A stretch of 12,978 nt of DNA from a bacterium. GTDB taxonomy: Bacteria; Muiribacteriota; UBA6191. The notes beneath the pieces were generated by a model that saw only the letters and a list, made by a program, of their open reading frames with translations, did not search any database and had not been told where the DNA came from. Location of the stretch: contig JAYZAC010000177.1 of assembly GCA_036339875.1 (NCBI GenBank), positions 1 through 12,978 on the forward strand. Direction: 5' to 3'. A program made the position numbers and the translations under genes. Positions 1-7,731 of this stretch are shown piece after piece (position 1 is the stretch's first letter; the number at the start of each line of letters is the position of its first letter).

Positions 1-2
1 GC

Positions 3-113
3 AGGTCGAGCTGTATCATCAGTGATAACCGAACTATGGAACTTTTAATGAATCAATATGATTTTGAAAGTTGGCATCACCAAAATCTGACAGTGTATGA
101 GTTAAAAGAGTGA
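3..113 (+). CDS. 3' end of an upstream CDS, truncated by the window edge; product unknown
   Basis: Frame starting at position 3 is open for 36 codons (RSSCIISDNRTMELLMNQYDFESWHHQNLTVYELKE) to TGA at 111-113, 16 bp before the neuB start, consistent with operon packing. Confidence 0.55.
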   Translation, partial: RSSCIISDNRTMELLMNQYDFESWHHQNLTVYELKE

Positions 114-120
114 AAAGCTT

Positions 121-126
121 GGAGGT
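121..126 (+). promoter_or_regulatory. Shine-Dalgarno site for neuB
   Basis: GGAGGT just upstream of the GTG at 130; spacing is short. Confidence 0.6.
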
Positions 127-129
127 CGC

Positions 130-1146
130 GTGACTAAAAAAGTTTGTATTATCGCTGAGGCAGGAGTGAATCATAACGGTGATCTTGAATTAGCTAGGAA
201 ATTAATTAAGGTTGCTAGTGAAGCCGGCGCAGACTATGTAAAATTTCAAAGCTTTAAAGCTGATTCATTAGTCTGTAAAAATGCAAAGAAGGCCCAATAT
301 CAAATACGTAATACTGGTATTGACGATAATCAATTTAAAATGATTAAAGCATTGGAGCTCAGTAGAGGTTCACATTACGAATTGCAGAAAGTTTGTAATA
401 ATGAAGGTATTAATTTCCTATCAACTCCTTTTGATTTGGATAGTTTAGATTTAATTCTAGAACTAAATTTGGATTTTATTAAAATTCCATCTGGAGAGGT
501 TACTCATTGGCCATTTTTGAAAGCTGTAGGTCAAAGCTGTAAGCCAGTTATTTTATCCACAGGAATGAGTAGTATGAAAGAGGTATGCCAAGCAACAGAG
601 GTTCTTTATACTGCAGGACTAAGTTCTGATGATCTAACGATTTTACATTGTAATACAGAGTATCCTACTCCCATCGAGGATGTTAATCTTCGCGCAATGA
701 ATGCGATAGCGGATAAGTTAGGAGTCAAAGTAGGTTACTCAGATCATACTCTTGGGATAGAAGTGGCTCTTGCAGCCGTAGCTCGTGGTGCCTGTGTAAT
801 TGAAAAACATTTTACACTTGATAGATCATTACCAGGACCAGACCATCGAGCTAGCCTAGAGCCCAATGAGTTGAAAAATATGATTAGTGGAATACGTCTA
901 ATTGAAAAAGCACTAGGCAAAGAACAGAAATTAGCCTCAGCTAGTGAAATCAAAAATATTGAGATAGCTAGAAGGAGTATTGTTGCCAAGATTCCAATTT
1001 ATAAAGGTCAAATTTTTACTAAAGATAATATAATCTGTAAGAGGCCTGCTGGGGGCATGAGCCCAATGCATTGGCCAAATTTAATTGGTAGTATTGCTGA
1101 TCGAGATTATGATATTGATGATCAAATAAAATTAATCAAGAATTAG
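130..1146 (+). CDS. neuB: N-acetylneuraminate synthase family protein (NeuB/LegI-type nonulosonic acid synthase) with C-terminal SAF/antifreeze-like domain
   Basis: Motifs IIAEAGVNHNG, VKFQSF, IKIPSGE, LHCNTEYP, GYSDHTLG, IEKHFTLDR..GPDH.ASLEP and C-terminal RRSIVA...KRP.GG.SP. The sugar product (Neu vs Leg) cannot be resolved here. Confidence 0.95.
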   Translation: MTKKVCIIAEAGVNHNGDLELARKLIKVASEAGADYVKFQSFKADSLVCKNAKKAQYQIRNTGIDDNQFKMIKALELSRGSHYELQKVCNNEGINFLSTPFDLDSLDLILELNLDFIKIPSGEVTHWPFLKAVGQSCKPVILSTGMSSMKEVCQATEVLYTAGLSSDDLTILHCNTEYPTPIEDVNLRAMNAIADKLGVKVGYSDHTLGIEVALAAVARGACVIEKHFTLDRSLPGPDHRASLEPNELKNMISGIRLIEKALGKEQKLASASEIKNIEIARRSIVAKIPIYKGQIFTKDNIICKRPAGGMSPMHWPNLIGSIADRDYDIDDQIKLIKN

Positions 1147-1761
1147 GTGTTTTTTGAAGTGTCATTTATAAATCTTAAATATGAATTAATTTTGGCCTCT
1201 AATTCACAATCAAGAGCGGCTATACTCAAGACTGTTAAAATTCCTTTCATGCAAATAGTGGCTAATATCGATGAGGAAAAGTTACTAAATCTCAATGCGC
1301 AGTCCAGTTATAAGATGCAGGTTCAGAATTTAGCAGGTGCCAAAGCAATGGAAGTGTCAACAAGATATCCTGATAGTCTTATTATTGGTGCTGATCAAAT
1401 GGTTCTATTTGAAAATCGTCTATTAGGAAAACCCGGAAATCGGGAAAATACTGTCTTACAACTGTCTAAGCTTCAATCTAAACGTCATCAATTATTAAGT
1501 GGTTGGGCTATTTGTTTGGGAAAAAAAATATTGGCTAAAGGAACAGATACGGTTTCACTAAAAATGCGTCCAATGAGTAAGGAATTACTAATTAAATATG
1601 TCGAATTAGAAAAGTCATATGATTCATGTGGAGGATATTATTTTGAATCAGCAGGTAGACTTTTATTTGATGAGGTAAGCGGCTCTTACGACAGTATATT
1701 AGGTTTACCGTTAGAGCCTTTATTAAATGCCATATGGGATTTAGATTTAGTGATGCCTTAA
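1147..1761 (+). CDS. maf: Maf family nucleoside triphosphate pyrophosphatase, YceF-like subtype
   Basis: LILASNSQSR, IDE, AGAKA, IIGADQ, LGKP, CGGYYFE and ILGLP motifs. DQ (not DT) plus the Glu in YFE point to the YceF subtype. The start could be GTG 1147 or the in-frame GTG 1159. Confidence 0.92.
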   Translation: MFFEVSFINLKYELILASNSQSRAAILKTVKIPFMQIVANIDEEKLLNLNAQSSYKMQVQNLAGAKAMEVSTRYPDSLIIGADQMVLFENRLLGKPGNRENTVLQLSKLQSKRHQLLSGWAICLGKKILAKGTDTVSLKMRPMSKELLIKYVELEKSYDSCGGYYFESAGRLLFDEVSGSYDSILGLPLEPLLNAIWDLDLVMP

Positions 1762-1777
1762 ATATTATTTAATTAAT

Positions 1778-1806
1778 TTGGATTCTTCAATTTCAAGGTT
1801 TATGCT
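1778..1806 (+). promoter_or_regulatory. Putative sigma70 promoter for the S9 peptidase-thioredoxin operon
   Basis: TTGGAT (1778-1783), 17-bp spacer, TATGCT (1801-1806) in the only intergenic gap before the gene. Confidence 0.45.
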
Positions 1807-1842
1807 GAATCTTTATGAAGTATGTTAAAGGACATTAATAAC

Positions 1843-3831
1843 ATGAAATTACTTATCTTTTTGATTTTCAGTTCAAATATTTTTTCTGCTAACCTGTTAT
1901 CCACGCTGAAGGAACGAATATTAAAAGCACGACTTCAAGCTCACATAAATGAGATTGAATCCCAATGTAAAGCGAAGAAAGAATGTGTTCGCCAAGTTCC
2001 TCTAAGAGATTTTTTTGAAAATCCAACTATAGCTGGATTCAAAATATCACCTGATGGTTCACGTATATCCTTTGTAGCCCCTTGGAATAAACGAATGAAT
2101 GTGTTCGTTATCGAGCGTAAAAATATCGGAAATCAGTTGGTAAAAAAGATTTCTCCAGCCTTTAAGAAGCAGCTTACTTTTGTCAAAGATAGGGATATTT
2201 CAGGATATTTCTGGAAAGGTAACGATCACATAGTATATCTACGAGATTTTGGAGGAGATGAAAATTTTCATTTATTTTCCGTAAATATTCATGATGGAGA
2301 AGAGGTGGATTTGACTCCATTCGAAGGCGTTAAGGCTCAAATTATAGATAGTCTTGAAGATGATGAAGCATCGATGATCATAGGTTTGAATAAGCGAGAT
2401 AAGCGTTTATTTGATGCTTACAAGGTAAATGTAAATAGTGGAGCATTAAGTCTTATAGCGACTAATCCAGGTGGAGTGATGGGTTGGAAGACGGATCATG
2501 ACGGGCAGCTTCGCATCGCTGTACGTACCGATGGTGTTAATTCTTCTTTATTATATCGGGATGAAACGAATCAACCTTTCAAAACAATATTAACTACGAA
2601 TTTTCGTGAAGGTGTGAGACCTTTATTTTTCACTTTTGATAACAAAAAACTTTATGTATCTAGTAATTTGGGTCGCGATAAATCAGTAATAGCTACATTT
2701 AACCCTCAGACAGCAAAAGAAGAAGAAGTTCTTTTCGCTCATCCGGCTGTAGATGTAGGTTCACTTAGTTTTTCAAGAAAAACGAAAAGTCTAATTCTGG
2801 CAAGTTATGTGAGAGCCAAACGAGGGCGGAAGTTTTTTGATCCTATATGGAAAAACCGTTTTGAATTTATACAGAGTCAATTTCCTGATCTTGAAACTTC
2901 TATTAATGGTTGGGATGAAGAAGAACAAATTTTTCTTGTTAGGACCTACAGTGATCGTAGTAAAGGTTCAACGTACTTATTCGAAGAGTCTAGTCAAAAA
3001 CTGACCTTATTGGAAGATTACAGTGTAAAAATAAATCCAATAGAAATGGCTCCACAAATACCAATAGAATATACTTCCCGTGACGGTCTTAAAATCCCCG
3101 GATACTTAACTCTACCATTAAAATCGAATCTAAAAAATTTACCAGTCATTGTAAATCCTCATGGAGGTCCTTGGGCTAGAGATAACTGGGGATTTAATCC
3201 ACAGGTTCAATTTTTAGCCAATCGTGGTTATGCAGTTCTGCAAATGAATTTCAGAGGAAGTACTGGATACGGACGAAAATTCTGGGAAGCCTCATTTAAA
3301 AAATGGGGCCTAGAAATGCAGCATGACATCACAGACGGTGTTAACTGGTTAATAAAATCTGGAATAGCTGATCCTGATCGTATTGCAATTTATGGGGCTA
3401 GTTATGGAGGTTATGCGGTTCTGGCAGGTCTTACTTTTACACCAGATTTATATGCCTGTGGAATTGATTATGTAGGAGTGAGTAATATTTTTACATTACT
3501 TGAAACATTACCACCTTATTGGAAACCTATGCTAGATATGATGCATACAATGATAGGTCATCCAGAGAATGATAAAGAGCTTTTAATTGCGGCTTCACCC
3601 GTATTTCATGTGGATAAAATTAAAGCTCCATTACTTGTGGCTCAGGGTGCAAAAGATCCCAGAGTAAAGCAAGCGGAGTCAGATCAAATAGTTTCAGCCT
3701 TAAGAGCAAGAGGTATTGATGTACCCTATTTACTCAAAGAAAATGAAGGTCATGGTTTTCGTAATGAAGAAAATCGATTTGAATTTTATGAGATGGCAGA
3801 AGATTTTTTAGAGAAACATCTTACTGAGTGA
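1843..3831 (+). CDS. Exported S9 family serine peptidase (prolyl oligopeptidase/acylaminoacyl peptidase; beta-propeller plus alpha/beta hydrolase)
   Basis: NPHGGPW, NFRGSTGYG, catalytic GASYGG (Ser codon 3400-3402), QGAKDPRV (Asp), EGHGF (His). The ORF is open from 1822, but ATG 1843 follows AAGGA (1828-1832) and begins a typical signal peptide MKLLIFLIFSSNIFSA. Confidence 0.93.
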   Translation: MKLLIFLIFSSNIFSANLLSTLKERILKARLQAHINEIESQCKAKKECVRQVPLRDFFENPTIAGFKISPDGSRISFVAPWNKRMNVFVIERKNIGNQLVKKISPAFKKQLTFVKDRDISGYFWKGNDHIVYLRDFGGDENFHLFSVNIHDGEEVDLTPFEGVKAQIIDSLEDDEASMIIGLNKRDKRLFDAYKVNVNSGALSLIATNPGGVMGWKTDHDGQLRIAVRTDGVNSSLLYRDETNQPFKTILTTNFREGVRPLFFTFDNKKLYVSSNLGRDKSVIATFNPQTAKEEEVLFAHPAVDVGSLSFSRKTKSLILASYVRAKRGRKFFDPIWKNRFEFIQSQFPDLETSINGWDEEEQIFLVRTYSDRSKGSTYLFEESSQKLTLLEDYSVKINPIEMAPQIPIEYTSRDGLKIPGYLTLPLKSNLKNLPVIVNPHGGPWARDNWGFNPQVQFLANRGYAVLQMNFRGSTGYGRKFWEASFKKWGLEMQHDITDGVNWLIKSGIADPDRIAIYGASYGGYAVLAGLTFTPDLYACGIDYVGVSNIFTLLETLPPYWKPMLDMMHTMIGHPENDKELLIAASPVFHVDKIKAPLLVAQGAKDPRVKQAESDQIVSALRARGIDVPYLLKENEGHGFRNEENRFEFYEMAEDFLEKHLTE

Positions 3832-3837
3832 TTCACC

Positions 3838-4998
3838 TTGTTGAAATTATTGCTATTTATTTTCCTACTTGTATCGGGTTTTTGTACAAATTCAATTCGT
3901 GATACTAGCTACCTTCCCTTCGAGCCACTGAGTGTAGATGAATCCGTAAAGAAGTCAAAAAAAGACAACAAACCCATCCTGTTATATTTCCATGCAAACT
4001 GGTGTGGGATTTGTCATACAATGAATCAAACGGTTTGGCCCGATCAAGACTTACAAAGCATGTTAAAAGCTTTTAGAGTTTTGGATATGTATGAAGGTTT
4101 AAATGGTGTCTATGAGCAGCGTGTAAAATATCGTATAAACGCTTTTCCAAGTATAGTTTTTCTGAGTCCAGAAGGTACTAAAATTACAAAATTTGGAGGG
4201 ATGTTACCAGCCGAGAATTTAATAAAAATAACTAACGCTATTTTAGATAAATATCCGCCCAAAGGCCCTCGTCCTAAAATTAGAACAGCAAAAGAAAAGT
4301 TACCATTAGATTGGTCCGATCAATCTTTTGAAAAGATCGCAAAGCAGGCGGAGCAGCAAGATCGACCGTTTATACTCTTTCATGCACCAAAATCCAATCC
4401 ACTGAGTTCTAAGCTGCGAGCTTTTGTAGATAACAATATGAGTTTTCGTAGATTACTGAAATTTTTCATTCTGAAAGATTTGTCATCAGATCATGTGATT
4501 AGAGATAAATTTGTTCAAAAGCATTCTTTAGGAGATAAGCCAGTTCTTATACTCATGGGCAATAAGGACGTAGAATTTGGTCTTTTACATTACAATGGTG
4601 ATAATTCCAACTACAGTACGCAGATGAAATTAATGATGCGAACTATAAGTCAGACATTTAATGATCGATTACTTTTAAGAATTACTCAGAGGGCAAAATT
4701 AGAAGCTATAAAGCAGAATCAGTATCCGAAATTTATTCCTAAATATTTAATTTATGAATATCGTCAATTTGAAAATGTTGATGCTGTTTTAATTTTTTCA
4801 GAAAAACATGGTTTAACTTGGTTAACTGAAGGAGATTTATTGGAAGGAAATCGAATTTTAGACATTCGACACCATAGTAAACAGTTACTCATGCAAGTTG
4901 ATAAAACTAATGTTGCGGTAACTTCAGCAGGCTTAGATAAGGCAGTTAGCGTTGAAGCCGTAATTCCCATGTCTTCAATATCATTAATTAGCAGGTAA
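3838..4998 (+). CDS. Exported thioredoxin-fold protein (WCGIC) with a second Cys-less Trx domain and a C-terminal beta-rich domain
   Basis: Hydrophobic N-terminal signal, KPILLYFHANWCGIC active site, cis-Pro loop INAFPSIVFLSPEG, internal duplication at a 131-aa offset; TTG start 6 bp after the S9 stop. Confidence 0.85.
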   Translation: MLKLLLFIFLLVSGFCTNSIRDTSYLPFEPLSVDESVKKSKKDNKPILLYFHANWCGICHTMNQTVWPDQDLQSMLKAFRVLDMYEGLNGVYEQRVKYRINAFPSIVFLSPEGTKITKFGGMLPAENLIKITNAILDKYPPKGPRPKIRTAKEKLPLDWSDQSFEKIAKQAEQQDRPFILFHAPKSNPLSSKLRAFVDNNMSFRRLLKFFILKDLSSDHVIRDKFVQKHSLGDKPVLILMGNKDVEFGLLHYNGDNSNYSTQMKLMMRTISQTFNDRLLLRITQRAKLEAIKQNQYPKFIPKYLIYEYRQFENVDAVLIFSEKHGLTWLTEGDLLEGNRILDIRHHSKQLLMQVDKTNVAVTSAGLDKAVSVEAVIPMSSISLISR

Positions 4999-4999
4999 T

Positions 5000-6373
5000 C
5001 TAAGTGGCTAAATTATGTTGTAATTTATCGTGAAGTTTTCGCATTTCCGACAATAAATATTGATATTGTCTTAGCTTAGCGAGATTGTATTTTTCATTTT
5101 GATCTAAAGCAATATTGAAAAGAAATTCTTCACTAGTGCCAGAATTCTTAAATTTAATATATTTGTGTTGCTTTGTTCGTAACCCTGAACTTGGAAGTAT
5201 TTTTACGTCATCAGTTTGAAATTGATGTTCATAATAAAATGCTTCTCTTTCATAATATTGAGAGGGATGTATTAATTCTAGTCCATGGTTTTCTTGAGGT
5301 TTTAACTTACACAATTTTTGTAGAGTGGGCGCTATATCAATATTTAGGGCAATTCTAGGGTCTCGAGCAGGCGTTTTATTTGGTAAGTAGAATAGCAAGG
5401 GAACACGAATTGAACCTTCGAACATCCACCATTTTCCAGCAAGACCATATTCGCCTGTAAGCAGTCCATTATCAGAGCTGAAAACTATGATGGTATTATT
5501 CAAAAGATTTTTCATTTTTAATTTATCAATTACCTTACCGATTATGATATCCATACCAGTAATCAGTCGGTAGTATTGACGCATATTGTTGTGAAATTGG
5601 GCATCCCGTTGATAGCGACTTTGATATCTTTTTTGCCCTTCTCCTTGTTGTATTAGAAGGGGGAGATTCTTGAAGTATTGATGTGAATCCGTAGCATGCC
5701 TTGGTGGCGTCCAATCTTTGTATAGTTTTTTTAAGTTTGATGGCGCTTGAAAAGGCTCTGGGTCTCCATCTTGAACATGAGGCGTCTTAAAAGACATCTG
5801 AAGAAAGAACGGTTTATCCATAGGATTTTCTATGAAATTATTGAATGAATTCAATAATCGATCCTGCATATGTACACCATTTTTGTAGTATTCTCCTTGA
5901 CCCGCAAAACCTTCGAAGAAATCATATTTCTGTTTAGGTAGATCAACACCTATTCCCCATTTACCAATGAAACCCGTACGGTAATCTTGTTGACGGAAAA
6001 GATACGGTAGTGACTTAGTCCACAAGGATCTATTAATTTCGGACTGGAAATCCCAAATCTTATGTTTAGAAGCGTATAGACCTGTCAATATAGATACTCT
6101 ACTGGTTGGGCAAATACTGGTGGTGACAAAGCAATTATCAAAAACTGTAGACATCGAAGCTAGCTGATCTAAATTTGGTGTACTTATAATTTTATTTCCC
6201 ATAAATCCAAGTGCATCAGCTCGTAAATCATCAGCTAAGATAAGTAAAACGTTGTAGGGTTTATTGGAGTTCGAAATGATTCCATTTGCCATTCGCGATG
6301 AAGAAGAGGAGGTAAATATGGCACTACCAAATAATAATTGAGAACCTAACTTTAGGAAGTGACGTCTTCGCAT
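5000..6373 (-). CDS. Formylglycine-dependent sulfatase (family S1) with twin-arginine (Tat) signal
   Basis: MRRRHFLK Tat motif, NVLLILADDLR, TPNLDQLA, C88-P-T-S-R92...LTGLY, GKW, TPH, SSDNG, GKW.MFEGSIRVPL, NIDIAPT. Confidence 0.93.
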   Translation of the reverse strand: MRRRHFLKLGSQLLFGSAIFTSSSSSRMANGIISNSNKPYNVLLILADDLRADALGFMGNKIISTPNLDQLASMSTVFDNCFVTTSICPTSRVSILTGLYASKHKIWDFQSEINRSLWTKSLPYLFRQQDYRTGFIGKWGIGVDLPKQKYDFFEGFAGQGEYYKNGVHMQDRLLNSFNNFIENPMDKPFFLQMSFKTPHVQDGDPEPFQAPSNLKKLYKDWTPPRHATDSHQYFKNLPLLIQQGEGQKRYQSRYQRDAQFHNNMRQYYRLITGMDIIIGKVIDKLKMKNLLNNTIIVFSSDNGLLTGEYGLAGKWWMFEGSIRVPLLFYLPNKTPARDPRIALNIDIAPTLQKLCKLKPQENHGLELIHPSQYYEREAFYYEHQFQTDDVKILPSSGLRTKQHKYIKFKNSGTSEEFLFNIALDQNEKYNLAKLRQYQYLLSEMRKLHDKLQHNLAT

Positions 6374-6411
6374 AGGTTCATTGTAACTTATTACTATGTT
6401 ATGGTGGCTAA
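6374..6411. promoter_or_regulatory. 38-bp divergent intergenic region with back-to-back -10 elements
   Basis: Minus strand: TACAAT (6385-6380), 6 nt before the sulfatase ATG. Plus strand: TG-n-TATGGT (6397-6405), 6 nt before the dihydroorotase ATG. Confidence 0.5.
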
Positions 6412-7731
6412 ATGGATCAAGTTTTAAGTAATGGCCTAGTTTGCTTCCCTTGGGGTATGGAACCTGCGGATATAGGTATCGAAAAGGGTAAAATTGTTAA
6501 AATAGAAGCTCCTGGCACACTTTCTGGTGAAGAATTAATTGATTGTACTAATTTGCATGTCATGCCTGGAGTAATTGATAGTCAAGTTCATTTTCGAGAG
6601 CCCGGACTTGAACATAAAGAGGACCTACATACTGGCACTAAAGCTGCAGTCATGGGTGGTGTTACAAGTATTCTTGAAATGCCCAATACCAAACCACCCA
6701 CAACCAGTGTAGAGGCATTGGCTGATAAAGTAGAACGAGGCGTTGGAAGAGCCTATTGTGATTACGGCTTTTTCATGGGTGGTACTGACGATAATTTTGA
6801 CTGGAGGACTCTTGAAGCTGTTCCAGGTTGTTCGGGTATCAAAATTTTTATGGGTAGTTCAACAGGTAATCTGTTAGTTTCAGAGGATGACAAAATCCGT
6901 AACATATTGAGCCAATCATTACGTCGTTCAGCAATTCATTGTGAAGATGAACAACGCTTGATTGAGAGAAAAGATATTGCTCAAGATGGGGGACACCCAA
7001 GATTTCATCATCAATGGCGTGATGCTAAATCAGCTTTTTTGGCTACAGAAAGACTTTTGAAGATCGCACGTGAGGTAGGTGCTCGAGTCCATGTATTACA
7101 TGTAACTACTGCTGAGGAAATGGACCTATTAGCGAAGAACAAAGATATTTGTACTGTTGAGGTTACACCTCAGCATTTAACGTTAAATAGTGAAGCTTAC
7201 GAAACTATTGGAAGTCGTGCTCAAATGAATCCACCGGTTCGTGAAGAATTTCATAGAGTAGCGTTGTGGGAAGCATTGCGTAAAGGGGTAGTAGATGTTA
7301 TCGGCTCTGATCATGCACCACATCTTCTTGAAGAAAAATCTAATAAATATCCGGCGAGCCCCAGTGGTATGCCTGGGGTACAAACAATTCTGAATTTGAT
7401 GTTACATCATTGTAATCAGGGCATGCTTCCATTGGGTCAATTAGTAGATCTACTTTGTACTTCTCCTGCAAGAATATATGGTATTAGAAATAAGGGTCGT
7501 ATAGTTTTAGGATACGATGCTGACTTTAGTGTTATTGATCTTAAACATAAATGGGAAGTCCGTGACGAGGATATGTTTAGCAAATGTGGTTGGACTCCAT
7601 ATCACGGTCAAACATGGTTGGGAAAAGCACGCATGACTATCATTAGAGGAAATTTGGTAATGCGTGAAGATCAACTCATTGGTAAGCCAATAGGTAAAGT
7701 ATTAAGTTTCGAACAAGGGCAAAACATCTAA
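6412..7731 (+). CDS. pyrC: Dihydroorotase (amidohydrolase superfamily, long type with QxH first metal motif)
   Basis: PGVIDSQVHFREPG, EMPNT, IKIFMGSSTG (carboxylated-Lys position), HCED, VLHVT, MNPPVR, GSDHAPH, SGMPGVQ, SKCGWTPY; the substrate-binding Arg, Asn and His of DHOases are present. Confidence 0.88.
   Translation: MDQVLSNGLVCFPWGMEPADIGIEKGKIVKIEAPGTLSGEELIDCTNLHVMPGVIDSQVHFREPGLEHKEDLHTGTKAAVMGGVTSILEMPNTKPPTTSVEALADKVERGVGRAYCDYGFFMGGTDDNFDWRTLEAVPGCSGIKIFMGSSTGNLLVSEDDKIRNILSQSLRRSAIHCEDEQRLIERKDIAQDGGHPRFHHQWRDAKSAFLATERLLKIAREVGARVHVLHVTTAEEMDLLAKNKDICTVEVTPQHLTLNSEAYETIGSRAQMNPPVREEFHRVALWEALRKGVVDVIGSDHAPHLLEEKSNKYPASPSGMPGVQTILNLMLHHCNQGMLPLGQLVDLLCTSPARIYGIRNKGRIVLGYDADFSVIDLKHKWEVRDEDMFSKCGWTPYHGQTWLGKARMTIIRGNLVMREDQLIGKPIGKVLSFEQGQNI

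Noticed and set aside
744..989. 81-aa minus-strand ORF
   Set aside because: Antisense shadow of neuB with no recognisable motifs.
1147..1761. Maf as the flagellin nonulosonate transferase (motility associated factor), given its position beside neuB
   Set aside because: Name coincidence only. This 204-aa protein has Maf/YhdE/YceF pyrophosphatase motifs, not the much larger flagellin-glycosylation Maf architecture.
3838..3890. Lipoprotein signal at Cys16 of the thioredoxin protein
   Set aside because: S-G-F-C has Phe at -1, which does not fit the lipobox [LVI][ASTVI][GAS]C.
4003..4017. CxxCH (CGICH) as a c-type heme attachment site
   Set aside because: It sits at the canonical thioredoxin active-site position (FHANWCGIC) with a downstream cis-Pro loop; the trailing His is incidental.
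4764..5358. Short ORFs 4764-4970 (-) and 5173-5358 (+)
   Set aside because: Both lie entirely antisense within well-supported genes.
6577..6597. Inactive pseudo-dihydroorotase because of His-to-Gln in the HxH motif
   Set aside because: QVHFREPG is a known subfamily signature and all other metal and substrate residues are intact.
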